DNA of 55,497 nucleotides from a virus (lineage: Duplodnaviria > Caudoviricetes), in IMG/VR virus record IMGVR_UViG_3300023174_000207, positions 1 to 55,497 of that record. The stretch is one strand, 5' to 3'. The translations under genes and the position numbers were made by a program. Below the pieces are notes generated by a model. It worked only from the letters and a program-made list of their open reading frames with translations, did not search any database and had not been told where the DNA came from. Positions 36,383 to 46,062 of the stretch are shown piece after piece (position 1 is the first letter of the stretch; each line of letters opens with the position of its first letter).

Positions 36383-37007
36383 ATTACGGGTTTTTTATGT
36401 CCGGTTATTGCCCTGGCAGTTTCGGCAGCCGACTCCCAGGGAGCTGGGCCCAAGCAAAAAACCTCAGGCCGGACCGGTTATTTTTAGCTGGGATCGCGGC
36501 CCCACCCTACCCCAACCCCCCAAATAGCAAAAAATGGAACCAGCCAACCCATATACACAATGATCTGCACAGTACATACCTCGTTTTTAAAAATTCACCA
36601 CTTATGACGCAATATCATCCTATAGCAGCGCAATAGATAATATCGCTAGCCGGCTAGCGAAAATGGCTTAAGCGCACAAAGTTACCTCATCCACGAAGCT
36701 CAAGGACCATTCGATCATCCTATGCTTGCTCAATACATAAGATTAAGCGTATACAGACGTATTTTTAATTAAAATGTCAGGCCCCGGGGGGTATACTTTT
36801 TCCTAGGGAAAAGTCAGGCTGCGTTATAGCAAAAGGACCCCCCACCATTTTTCCCGGGACTCCTACCCCAGGGGGGTATATAATTTTTATGTCCTTCACG
36901 TGGACACGGGGGGCAGTGGATTTTTATAACCAATACTTGTTCTATTGTTGCCATTGCCTCCCACCTTTGTTACACTTCGCACATATAAACCTCACAAACA
37001 AGGTTGT

Positions 37008-37598
37008 ATGCAAATACCTGTTGAGCCAAACCTCGACAAACCCGTACCAATACAAGCCCAGCCCCAAACAGGCCGGACGTACGAAGATCGGCTAAAAGTT
37101 GCCGGCAATACTGCTATGCTCCTTAATGAACTTGGAGCAGAGGATGACTTGTCCCCAGAAGAAAAAGAACAAGCTAGGCAAATGATTGAGAAGTTAAAGC
37201 CTGCGGATGCTAAACCAAGCCTACCTAGCAAGGAAGAAACGGACAGTACAAAGAACTACAACGTTGCTTTGGTTATCGGCACGTACCTAAATGAGTACGA
37301 GAAACAGATTGTTGCAGACAAAGTCCAGGTTAGAACAGTAGTTGTCAACCGTTTGATGGAAATAAGTAAGAACGAAGACGACAAAATCGCCCTAAAAGCT
37401 CTGGAATTGCTAGGAAAAGCCTCAGATTTGTTCACAGAACGCTCAGAAATCACCATTACCCACCAAACTAGCGATGAATTAAAGGCTGCAATCAAAGAAC
37501 GCATCAAATTATTGATGCAAACCCAGCAAATTGACAACAAAACCAAGGCCCAGAAGCAGTTAGCGGTCATTGATGCAGAGGCAAAAGAGGTCAAATGA
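37008..37598 (+). CDS. Probable terminase small subunit
   Basis: Directly upstream of TerL with ATGA overlap. Helical motif ALKALELLGK...LFTER. Confidence 0.65.
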   Translation: MQIPVEPNLDKPVPIQAQPQTGRTYEDRLKVAGNTAMLLNELGAEDDLSPEEKEQARQMIEKLKPADAKPSLPSKEETDSTKNYNVALVIGTYLNEYEKQIVADKVQVRTVVVNRLMEISKNEDDKIALKALELLGKASDLFTERSEITITHQTSDELKAAIKERIKLLMQTQQIDNKTKAQKQLAVIDAEAKEVK

Positions 37599-39157
37599 GC
37601 GTTTTATCGGCCCAAAACAGCGAAAAACAGAAGCTAGGACCGGAAGATCTGCAGTTTTTGCTAGATAACATCGATACTTTGTCAGATTCTCAGCTCAGAG
37701 TCCTTAAAGAAGAGCTAGATAACACCGTAGACGCAGTACATAAAGAGAACTGCCAAGAAAACTTCATGGATTTTGTTCATAAAGTGTGGCCTAACTTCAT
37801 TGATGGTGGGCATCATGAAGAAATGGCTGCCGCATTTGAAAGGGTGGCTCGTGGTGAATGCAAAAGACTTATTATTAATATGCCACCTAGGCATACAAAA
37901 TCTGAATTTGCTAGTTACCTCCTACCTGCTTGGTTTCTGGGTAAATTTCCTGAGAAAAAAGTTATACAAACCTCGCATACCGCTGAGCTTGCTGTGGGCT
38001 TCGGACGAAAAGTCCGTAATTTGGTCGACTCCGAAGTGTACAAGTCGATATTTCCGGGAGTTGGACTCCAAGCTGACTCAAAGGCAGCGGGCCGTTGGGC
38101 AACTAACAAGGGCGGAGACTACTTTGCGATTGGTGTTGGGGGAGCGGTTACTGGTAAAGGCGCAGATATCCTCATTATTGACGACCCACACTCAGAACAA
38201 GAGGCAACCCTAGCCGAGAATAACCCCGAGGTGTACGACAAAACGTACGAGTGGTACACATCCGGTCCAAGACAGCGTCTGCAGCCAGGGGGATCCATCA
38301 TTATTGTTATGACCCGGTGGTCAAAGCGGGACTTGACTGCCCAAGTGGTCAAAGCTGCGCAGCAACGCTCAGGAGAACAGTGGGAAGTTATTGAATTTCC
38401 TGCAATTTTGGACGATGGACAACCACTTTGGCCTGCGTTCTGGAAACTACAAGAACTTCAAGCGTTAAAGCAGGAATTGCCCAATGGCAAGTGGATGGCG
38501 CAGTATATGCAGTCGCCAACAAGCGACGTTAGCGCTATTGTGAAGCGTGAATGGTGGCAGATCTGGGAACATGAGAGCCCGCCTATGTGTGAATTCACAA
38601 TCCAGTCTTGGGATACGGCGTTCCTTAAGACGCAGCGGTCAGACTACTGCGCTTGTACAACCTGGGGGGTGTTCTATCAGCCTAATTCCAGGGGAGTGGA
38701 TGTCGCAAACATCATATTGCTCAATTCGTTCAAAGAACGCATGGAGTTTCCGGAGCTTAAACAGAAGGCAATGGAGCATTACAAAGAATGGGAGCCAGAT
38801 GCTCTGATTGTCGAAGCAAAAGCGTCCGGGGCACCGCTAGTGTTCGAGTTACGTGCGATGGGTATCCCTGTTCAGGAATATGTTCCGAGTAAAGGTAGCG
38901 ATAAAATTGCCCGTTTGAACGCAGTTGCTGATATATTTGCATCTGGAAGGGTTTGGGTTCCAAATACGCATTGGGCAGATGAGCTAGTTGAAGAAGTTGC
39001 AAGCTTCCCCAGTGGCGACCATGATGACTTGGTGGACTCAATGACTCAGGCAATGCTTAGATTTAGAAGGGGTGGCTTTGTATCGTTGGATTCAGATTAT
39101 GAAGACGAACCAACACCGTTCAAGTCTAGACGGAATAAGGGGTACTACAATGTTTAA
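37595..39157 (+). CDS. terL: Terminase large subunit
   Basis: MPPRHTKS Walker A, IIDDP Walker B, MTRW, SWDTA and HDDLVDS nuclease motifs. Confidence 0.95.
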   Translation: MSVLSAQNSEKQKLGPEDLQFLLDNIDTLSDSQLRVLKEELDNTVDAVHKENCQENFMDFVHKVWPNFIDGGHHEEMAAAFERVARGECKRLIINMPPRHTKSEFASYLLPAWFLGKFPEKKVIQTSHTAELAVGFGRKVRNLVDSEVYKSIFPGVGLQADSKAAGRWATNKGGDYFAIGVGGAVTGKGADILIIDDPHSEQEATLAENNPEVYDKTYEWYTSGPRQRLQPGGSIIIVMTRWSKRDLTAQVVKAAQQRSGEQWEVIEFPAILDDGQPLWPAFWKLQELQALKQELPNGKWMAQYMQSPTSDVSAIVKREWWQIWEHESPPMCEFTIQSWDTAFLKTQRSDYCACTTWGVFYQPNSRGVDVANIILLNSFKERMEFPELKQKAMEHYKEWEPDALIVEAKASGAPLVFELRAMGIPVQEYVPSKGSDKIARLNAVADIFASGRVWVPNTHWADELVEEVASFPSGDHDDLVDSMTQAMLRFRRGGFVSLDSDYEDEPTPFKSRRNKGYYNV

Positions 39158-39299
39158 CTACATAAAACTTTGGTGGAAGATACGTAAGTTGAAAAAAGCA
39201 TTGTGGCATCAGGTAAATGTAGAAGCACTAGACAAACGTAAATATGTAGCCAGGCGTCCAAGTCATTGGCTAAAGAATGGGGATTTAACATGGCAATAG
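39150..39299 (+). CDS. Small basic hypothetical protein
   Basis: MFNYIKLWWKIRKLKK... fills the gap between terL and portal. Confidence 0.4.
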   Translation: MFNYIKLWWKIRKLKKALWHQVNVEALDKRKYVARRPSHWLKNGDLTWQ

Positions 39300-41794
39300 A
39301 TAAAGCAATATCACAAGCCCCGATGGGATTAGGCGCCATCGCTATGATGGAAGAGGGTCCAGAGATTGAGATCGAGATTGAGGATCCTGAGTCAGTAGAG
39401 ATTGGCGTTGATGGTATGCCCATACTAAGTCTTGAGGAAGAAGAACCAAGCGATCAAGACTTTGATGCTAACCTAGCCGAGTACATGAGTGAGGATGCGC
39501 TGCAGTCTTTAGCAAGCGATCTGATCGGTGATTTTGATGACGACATTAGCAGCCGCAAAGATTGGATGCAGACTTATGTAGATGGCATTCAACTATTAGG
39601 TATGACCATTGAAGAGCGAGCAGAACCTTGGGAAGGTGCATGTGGTGTGTATCATCCACTTCTCTCGGAGACCCTAGTGCGGTTCCAAGCTGAGACCATC
39701 ATGGAGACTTTTCCAGCAGCGGGTCCAGTAAAAACAACTATTGTTGGTAAAGAGACGCAAGAAAAGAAAGATGCTGCAGAACGTGTTGCTGATGATATGA
39801 ACTATCAGTTAACAGATGTGATGCACGAATTCCGACCTGAGCATGAGCGCATGCTTTGGGGTTTGGGTTTGTCAGGTAATGCGTTTAAGAAGGTGTACTA
39901 CGACCCAAGTATTGGTCGTCAGGTATCTATATTTGTACCCGCAGAAGATTTAGTTGTTCCTTATGGCGCATCTGATTTAGCTAGCGCTTCACGGGTTACA
40001 CACGTCATGCGTAAGACTCCTAATGAGTTACGCAAGTTACAAGTTGCAGGTTTTTGGCGTGATGTAGATTTGCCAGAGCCTGTTGACTCATTTGATGAAG
40101 TTGAGAAGAAGATCGCTGAGAAGATGGGCTTTAGGGCCACTACAGATGATCGTTATAAAATTCTTGAAATGCAAGTTGATCTTGACTTGCCTGGCTATGA
40201 AGACGAAGAAGATGGTAAACCTACTGGCATAGCACTGCCGTACATTGTTACCATGGACAAAGCAAACAGCACTATTCTTGCTATTCGTCGTAACTGGAGA
40301 CCAGAAGATGAACATAAGAAGAAGCGTTCGCATTTTGTGCATTACGGTTATATTCCCGGTTTTGGTTTCTATTGCTTTGGTCTTATTCACCTCATCGGGG
40401 CTTTTGCTAAATCAGGTACTAGTATCCTCCGCCAACTCGTTGATGCCGGATCATTGGCGAACTTGCCTGGCGGCTTTAAGACCCGTGGATTGCGAATCAA
40501 AGGTGACGACACACCGATAGCACCTGGTGAATTCCGTGACGTAGACGTGCCAAGCGGCACAATGCGTGACAACGTGATGCCGTTGCCGTACAAAGAGCCA
40601 AGCATGGTGTTGGCTCAGTTGATGGAAAAAATTATTGAAGAGGGACGTCGCTTTGCATCTGCAGCTGACTTGCAGATTAGTGACATGAGTGCGCAGGCTC
40701 CTGTAGGCACAACCTTAGCTATTCTGGAGCGTACGCTCAAGGTAATGTCCGCTGTACAAGCCCGCATCCACTACTCATTTAAAGAGGAGCTTCGGTTACT
40801 CCGTGACATCATTAGGGACTACACTCCAGATACCTACAACTACGAGCCAGTTGAAGGCACACCACGGGCGAAGAAATCTGACTACGACAATGTCGATGTC
40901 ATCCCAGTGTCTGATCCAAACGCTGCAACCATGGCTCAGAAAATTACGCAGTACCAAGCTGTGCTACAACTAGCGCAAGGCGCACCCCAGATTTACAACT
41001 TGCCTAAACTGCACCGTCAAATGTTAGATGTGTTGGGTATTAAGAATGCTCAACAGCTTGTCAAACTGCCCGAGGACCAAAAGCCCGAGGACCCAATCAC
41101 TGAGAATACAAACATTCTCATGATGAAGCCAGTCAAGGCGTTCTATTATCAGGACCATCAAGCGCATATCACAACCCATATGGCTGCCATGCAAGATCCA
41201 AAAATCATGCAGTTGGTAGGACAGAACCCGCAGGCGCAGGCAATGCAAGCTGCGATGATGGCCCATGTTAATGAGCACATTGCGTATGAGTACCGCAAGC
41301 AGATGGAAATGGAAATGGGTATTGAGTTACCGTTCCATCCAGATGAAGATGACTCTAATGAGAAGGCTATGCCAGAAGCACTTGAAGTACGTATTTCTCA
41401 AATGGCGGCTCAAGCATCACAAGCGTTGCTCCAACGTGACACTAATGAGATACGTGCACAGCAGGCTCAAGCAGCTCAGAACGATCCGATTGTTCAAATG
41501 CAACAGCAAGAGTTGGCAATTAAGCAGGGTGAGCTGCAGATTAAAGAGAAGAAGCTTATGACAGATGCTGCTTCTAAAGCCGACCAATTACAGATTGAAC
41601 GTGATCGCATTAACTCGCAAGAGAAGATTGCGGCTATGAACGCAACAATCAAAGTTAACGAAGACGCTAAGAACCGACAGTCAAAAGAGTCGGAGATGGG
41701 CGCTAAATTAGGCATTGACCTGGCCAAATCCAGAGCTCAAATGCAAATGCAGCAAACCCGCAGTAAAGACGTTACTAAGGAGAAAACCAAGTAA
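39290..41794 (+). CDS. Portal protein
   Basis: Follows terL. Motifs GNAFKKVYYD, GFYCFGLIHLIG and LRQLVDAG, plus a long Gln-rich C-terminal barrel helix. Confidence 0.88.
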   Translation: MAIDKAISQAPMGLGAIAMMEEGPEIEIEIEDPESVEIGVDGMPILSLEEEEPSDQDFDANLAEYMSEDALQSLASDLIGDFDDDISSRKDWMQTYVDGIQLLGMTIEERAEPWEGACGVYHPLLSETLVRFQAETIMETFPAAGPVKTTIVGKETQEKKDAAERVADDMNYQLTDVMHEFRPEHERMLWGLGLSGNAFKKVYYDPSIGRQVSIFVPAEDLVVPYGASDLASASRVTHVMRKTPNELRKLQVAGFWRDVDLPEPVDSFDEVEKKIAEKMGFRATTDDRYKILEMQVDLDLPGYEDEEDGKPTGIALPYIVTMDKANSTILAIRRNWRPEDEHKKKRSHFVHYGYIPGFGFYCFGLIHLIGAFAKSGTSILRQLVDAGSLANLPGGFKTRGLRIKGDDTPIAPGEFRDVDVPSGTMRDNVMPLPYKEPSMVLAQLMEKIIEEGRRFASAADLQISDMSAQAPVGTTLAILERTLKVMSAVQARIHYSFKEELRLLRDIIRDYTPDTYNYEPVEGTPRAKKSDYDNVDVIPVSDPNAATMAQKITQYQAVLQLAQGAPQIYNLPKLHRQMLDVLGIKNAQQLVKLPEDQKPEDPITENTNILMMKPVKAFYYQDHQAHITTHMAAMQDPKIMQLVGQNPQAQAMQAAMMAHVNEHIAYEYRKQMEMEMGIELPFHPDEDDSNEKAMPEALEVRISQMAAQASQALLQRDTNEIRAQQAQAAQNDPIVQMQQQELAIKQGELQIKEKKLMTDAASKADQLQIERDRINSQEKIAAMNATIKVNEDAKNRQSKESEMGAKLGIDLAKSRAQMQMQQTRSKDVTKEKTK

Positions 41795-41985
41795 TGGATA
41801 AAACTTTTGATGTTCTATTACTAGAACTCGATAAAGATATCGCCCAAAAGCGAGACTGGGTAGCTTCTGGCCAAGCCAAAGACTTTGCCGACTACCAAAG
41901 AATGTGTGGTGAGATTCATGGTCTGCTCATTGCACGGCAAGAAATAACAGACCTTAAACAAAAAATGGAGCATTCTGATGAGTGA
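41794..41985 (+). CDS. Hypothetical head-region protein
   Basis: DFADYQRMCGEIHGL. TAATG coupling. Confidence 0.7.
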   Translation: MDKTFDVLLLELDKDIAQKRDWVASGQAKDFADYQRMCGEIHGLLIARQEITDLKQKMEHSDE

Positions 41986-42403
41986 AATCCTTATCGGCAC
42001 AAACCCCGATAAACCACAAATAGTAGGATCAGTAGATTTTGCCAAGGCTATAGAAGAAAAAGCTCGCCAGCTTCCAATTCCGTCTGGCTATCGCATCCTG
42101 TGTGCAATCCCAGAAGTAGAGCAAAAGTTTGAAGGCTCTGATTTAGTTAAACCGGACGATCTAGTCAAAAAGGACGAGATCCTAACCACAGTGTTATTTG
42201 TGGTGGCTCTTGGACCTGATTGTTATAAAGACGAGTCTAGGTTCCCAAGTGGACCCTGGTGTAGAGAAGGCGACTTTGTCTTAGTTAGACCGAATGCTGG
42301 CACCCGCCTGGTAATACATGGTCGGGAGTTTAGGATCATTAATGACGACTCAGTTGAAGCTGTTGTTCAGGATCCCCGTGGCATAACCCGTAAATTTATT
42401 TAA
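41978..42403 (+). CDS. groES: GroES-like co-chaperonin
   Basis: PSGYRIL, VVALGP, EGDFVL and EFRIINDDSVEAVV match the Cpn10 pattern. Confidence 0.8.
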   Translation: MSEILIGTNPDKPQIVGSVDFAKAIEEKARQLPIPSGYRILCAIPEVEQKFEGSDLVKPDDLVKKDEILTTVLFVVALGPDCYKDESRFPSGPWCREGDFVLVRPNAGTRLVIHGREFRIINDDSVEAVVQDPRGITRKFI

Positions 42404-42414
42404 GGAGCTAAATC

Positions 42415-43401
42415 ATGGCTGAGTTTGAAAAAGAACAGTTTAAGTTCCCCGACGAAGAAGATACTAAGGGTAAACCCTTAGAAGCGGCTGATGAAGTCGA
42501 ATATATCGTCGAGGATGACACCCCTCCAGAGGACAAAGGTCAAAAACCAATGCCCGAAGAGGTCGTTAAAAAGTTAGAAGTTGCTGATGAAGACAACGAA
42601 GACCTAGACCCCAAGGCTCAAAAAGAGCGTATTAAACAATATAAGAAGGTCTGGAACGATGAACGCCGTGCTAAAGAAGCTGCTTTGCGTGAGCAACAAG
42701 AAGCAATTGACTTGGCAAAACGAGTCCTAGAAGAGAACAAAAAACTTAAAGCACAATATAGTGCAGGCGAGAAGACCTATATTGAAACAGTGCAAAGTGC
42801 TGCCGATACTACCTTGGCTATGGCTAAGCGAGAGTACAAAGAAGCACTTGAGTCTGGCGATTCAGATCGTATTGTTGAAGCACAGACCGCTCTTTCAGAA
42901 GCAACATATAAAGCACAACAGGCAAAAGATTTCAAACCTAGTGCTTTACAAGAGCAAGAAAATGATGTACAAATACCCCAATTGCAGCAACAACCCAAGG
43001 TTGATCCTAAAACTCAAGCTTGGTTGGATGAAAATCCTTGGTATGGTTCCAAAAAAGCCATGTCCAATTTTGCTGTAGGGATACATGAAGAATTGATCGA
43101 CGAGTATGGCCCAAAAGTCGTAGGTACCGATCAGTACTTCAAGCACATTGACAAAACAATGCGCAAAAAATTTCCAGAGTATTTTGAGACTGTGGAAGAA
43201 AGTAGTCAGGCTGAGCCAGACCCGGAGCCACAAACAGCGCCGAAAGCAAAGCCTAGTACGGTTGTAGCTCCGGCGACTCGATCAACGTCCTCCAAACAGG
43301 TACGATTGAAAACGTCACAGATGGCCCTGATTAAAAAATTAGGACTAACTCCCGAAGTATATGCCCGTGAACAACAAAAATTGGAGGCTTCAAATGGCTG
43401 A
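42415..43401 (+). CDS. Probable scaffolding protein
   Basis: Acidic coiled coil between portal and capsid genes, with a C-terminal KLGLTPEVYA helix. Confidence 0.65.
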   Translation: MAEFEKEQFKFPDEEDTKGKPLEAADEVEYIVEDDTPPEDKGQKPMPEEVVKKLEVADEDNEDLDPKAQKERIKQYKKVWNDERRAKEAALREQQEAIDLAKRVLEENKKLKAQYSAGEKTYIETVQSAADTTLAMAKREYKEALESGDSDRIVEAQTALSEATYKAQQAKDFKPSALQEQENDVQIPQLQQQPKVDPKTQAWLDENPWYGSKKAMSNFAVGIHEELIDEYGPKVVGTDQYFKHIDKTMRKKFPEYFETVEESSQAEPDPEPQTAPKAKPSTVVAPATRSTSSKQVRLKTSQMALIKKLGLTPEVYAREQQKLEASNG

Positions 43402-43843
43402 AAACAGACTGACTCGTGAATTAGATAAACGCACCGCAGTGGAGCGCCCCACGCATTGGGCTCCTCCAGAGCTATTACCAGAACCCGACAAACAGGCTGG
43501 TTATGCTTACCGGTGGATCCGTGTTGCATCTTTAAACCAAGCTGACCCACGCAATCTCTCTGCCAAACTCAGAGAAGGATGGGAACCAGTAAGGATTGAA
43601 GAACAACCAAGATTTCAAATGCTAGTTGATCCCAATAGTCGATACAAAGACAACATTGAGATTGGCGGTTTGTTACTTTGCAAAACACCTGTAGAGTTTG
43701 TAGAACAGCGTAATAAATATTACTCTAATCAAGCAGACGCACAGATGGATGCGGTAGAAAACACTCTTATGCGCCAAAGCGATCCTCGCATGCCTTTGTT
43801 TAACGAAGGCAAAACGACAAGTTCCTTTGGTAAAGGTAGTTAA
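43394..43843 (+). CDS. Conserved hypothetical head-region protein
   Basis: GGAGG RBS. Motifs YRWIR...LREGWEPV...GGLLLC. Confidence 0.7.
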   Translation: MAENRLTRELDKRTAVERPTHWAPPELLPEPDKQAGYAYRWIRVASLNQADPRNLSAKLREGWEPVRIEEQPRFQMLVDPNSRYKDNIEIGGLLLCKTPVEFVEQRNKYYSNQADAQMDAVENTLMRQSDPRMPLFNEGKTTSSFGKGS

Positions 43844-43865
43844 ATTTTTAATTTAGGAGATTTAA

Positions 43866-44456
43866 ATGGCTTATCCAACCGTTTCAGCTCCCTATGGCTT
43901 TAGACCTATTAACCGTGTAGATGGTATGCCTTATGCTGGCGCAATCCGTCAGTTGCCTGTAACTCAGGCAGGCGCTATGTACTACGGTGATTTGGTTGAA
44001 CTAGACATAGGTGGTATTGTAGGTACAGCAACTTCTTTAACGTCAGGTGCTAAGCTTGGTGTTTTTGTAGGTTGTCAGTACACAAATGCACAAGGCCAGA
44101 CCATTCAGGCTCAATACTATCCAGGCTCTAGCGTTACCAACGCTCTTGCTTTTGTAGTTGACGATCCTATGGCTGCGTTTAAAGTAGCTGTAACAAGCGA
44201 TGGTTCTACTATTGCTACTGTTACTCAAGCTGCTGTTGGTACAAACGTAACTGCTTTAGCAGGTACTCCATCCGCAACAACCGGTGACTCTGGTCAATCT
44301 ATTTTGAGCACAAGTCCCGCTGCCAATGCGGCCTTCCCATTGCGTGTTATTGCTGTTGTACCTGAGACAGCAACCGGTGCAAATGCCTTTACGGAAGTTA
44401 TCGTGAAGATCAACTTGCATCAGTATTTAACCGCAACCGGCAATGCCGTAGCTTAA
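43866..44456 (+). CDS. Probable capsid decoration/minor capsid protein
   Basis: APYGFRP N-terminus, Ala/Thr/Gly-rich, immediately before the capsid gene. Confidence 0.6.
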   Translation: MAYPTVSAPYGFRPINRVDGMPYAGAIRQLPVTQAGAMYYGDLVELDIGGIVGTATSLTSGAKLGVFVGCQYTNAQGQTIQAQYYPGSSVTNALAFVVDDPMAAFKVAVTSDGSTIATVTQAAVGTNVTALAGTPSATTGDSGQSILSTSPAANAAFPLRVIAVVPETATGANAFTEVIVKINLHQYLTATGNAVA

Positions 44457-44471
44457 TTAAGGAGCATATAA

Positions 44472-45380
44472 ATGGCTATTTCTCGTGCACAACTACTGAA
44501 AGAGTTGCTCCCAGGCTTGAACGCATTGTTTGGCTTAGAGTACGCTCGCTATGGTGAAGAACACAAAGAGATCTATGAAACTGAGACCTCTGAGCGTTCC
44601 TTCGAAGAAGAGACCAAGTTATCAGGCTTTAGTGCTGCCCCCGTCAAGAACGAAGGCGCTGCTATTGCTTATGACAACGGTCAAGAGGCTTGGACAGCTC
44701 GCTATACCCACGTAACGATCGCTCAAGGTTTCTCCCTAACGGAAGAGGCTATTGAGGACAACTTGTATGACAGCTTAAGTGCTCGTTATACCAAGGCGTT
44801 AGCTCGTTCCATGGCGTATACCAAGCAAGTTCGTGCTGCTTCTGTTTTAAACAATGGCTTTAGCGCTAGCTATCCAGGTGGTGACGGTGTTGCATTATTT
44901 GCAAATAACCACCCACTCGTTTCTGGTGGCACTAACAGCAACATCCCAACCACTCCTGCTGACCTTAACGAGACTTCCTTGGAAGCCGCCGTTATTCAAA
45001 TTAGCTTGTGGACAGATGAGCGCTCGCTTTTGATCGCTGCTAAGCCACGTAAGTTGATTGTTCCTCCTGCACTCCAGTTCGTTGCAACCCGTTTGCTCGA
45101 AACTGAATTGCGTGTTGGTACAAACGACAACGACATCAATGCAATCAAGAACAACGGTTCGATTCCAGAGGGTTATACCATTAACCACTTCTTGACCGAC
45201 TCCAATGCTTGGTACTTGACCACTGATGTACCCAACGGTATGAAGCACTTTGTCCGTGTGCCGCTCCAAAACTCTATGGACGGCGATTTCGATACTGGTA
45301 ACGTTCGTTACAAGTCTCGTGAGCGTTATTCATTCGGCTGGTCCGATCCGCTCGGTATGTTTGGCTCTCAAGGAGCCTAA
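44472..45380 (+). CDS. Major capsid protein (Mu gpT-like HK97 fold)
   Basis: MAISRAQLLKELLPGLNALFG, KLIVPPAL and RERYSFGWSD. Strong RBS and downstream terminator. Confidence 0.88.
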   Translation: MAISRAQLLKELLPGLNALFGLEYARYGEEHKEIYETETSERSFEEETKLSGFSAAPVKNEGAAIAYDNGQEAWTARYTHVTIAQGFSLTEEAIEDNLYDSLSARYTKALARSMAYTKQVRAASVLNNGFSASYPGGDGVALFANNHPLVSGGTNSNIPTTPADLNETSLEAAVIQISLWTDERSLLIAAKPRKLIVPPALQFVATRLLETELRVGTNDNDINAIKNNGSIPEGYTINHFLTDSNAWYLTTDVPNGMKHFVRVPLQNSMDGDFDTGNVRYKSRERYSFGWSDPLGMFGSQGA

Positions 45381-45389
45381 TGTTGTAAA

Positions 45390-45420
45390 GAAAGGGGGCC
45401 TAAAAACCCCCTTTTTGTTT
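45390..45420 (+). terminator. Intrinsic terminator after the capsid gene
   Basis: AAAGGGGG...CCCCCTTT followed by a T-rich tract. Confidence 0.8.
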
Positions 45421-45443
45421 TATTTGTAGTAAGATATTTGAAA

Positions 45444-45515
45444 CTGGGTGAATAGCTTGTCAAACTGCCCCAGCAGATGCGTACACAATTGACGAGCGGA
45501 TCTTTGTACGAAGGA
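45444..45515 (+). ncRNA. Structured RNA with interlocked helices, possibly of the Mu-gpT downstream element type
   Basis: Pairings CTGGG(45444)/CCCAG(45469), GCTTGTCAA(45455)/TTGACGAGC(45489) and CGTACA(45480)/TGTACG(45505). Ends at the SD of the next gene. Confidence 0.55.
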
Positions 45516-45524
45516 CAATTTATT

Positions 45525-46007
45525 ATGGCACTTTCAACTACCCAATCAATTTGGCGTTCTGGTGGTGGGGATCAAACCCGCACCGCTTATTGTGGCACTG
45601 GCGTTATGGCAGCTCAGTTTTATGTGGCTGACGTGGCTGTTGCTACCGCAACAAACGTTGTAGTTTCTTCCGCTACTGGCGCTCCCGCACTAATTCTGCC
45701 CGCTGGCGCTGTTATTACAGAAATTTTAATTACCACAGACAACGCTACTGGCGAGACTGACTTGGGATTTACTACCTACACTTCAGGTACATCAACCCCA
45801 ACAGGCCTTGCTAACGACGCTACTAATGCTCGTGGTGTAATTAATTTGAACTCGGCAACTGCTGGTGCTTCCTTGGGTTTAGTAATGTCAGCTACTGAGT
45901 TTGTATATATTACAGCTCGTGCAGGTGGTACAGCTGGTACAGGAAACATTGCAGGGACGCTTATTTATTATGTTCAAGACCCATTAGCTGGTCAGCAAAA
46001 CGTTTAA
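45525..46007 (+). CDS. Putative virion structural protein
   Basis: AAGGA RBS, Ala/Thr/Gly-rich, LPAGAVI motif. Confidence 0.65.
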   Translation: MALSTTQSIWRSGGGDQTRTAYCGTGVMAAQFYVADVAVATATNVVVSSATGAPALILPAGAVITEILITTDNATGETDLGFTTYTSGTSTPTGLANDATNARGVINLNSATAGASLGLVMSATEFVYITARAGGTAGTGNIAGTLIYYVQDPLAGQQNV

Positions 46008-46062
46008 TTAATCTAGTGGGTTAGGGAAAACCCTAGCCCCCTTTAACTTTTGGAGATTAATT

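Noticed and set aside
36349-36636. 95-aa plus-strand ORF
   Set aside because: Starts inside a tandem repeat, has no RBS and lies in a low-complexity intergenic context.
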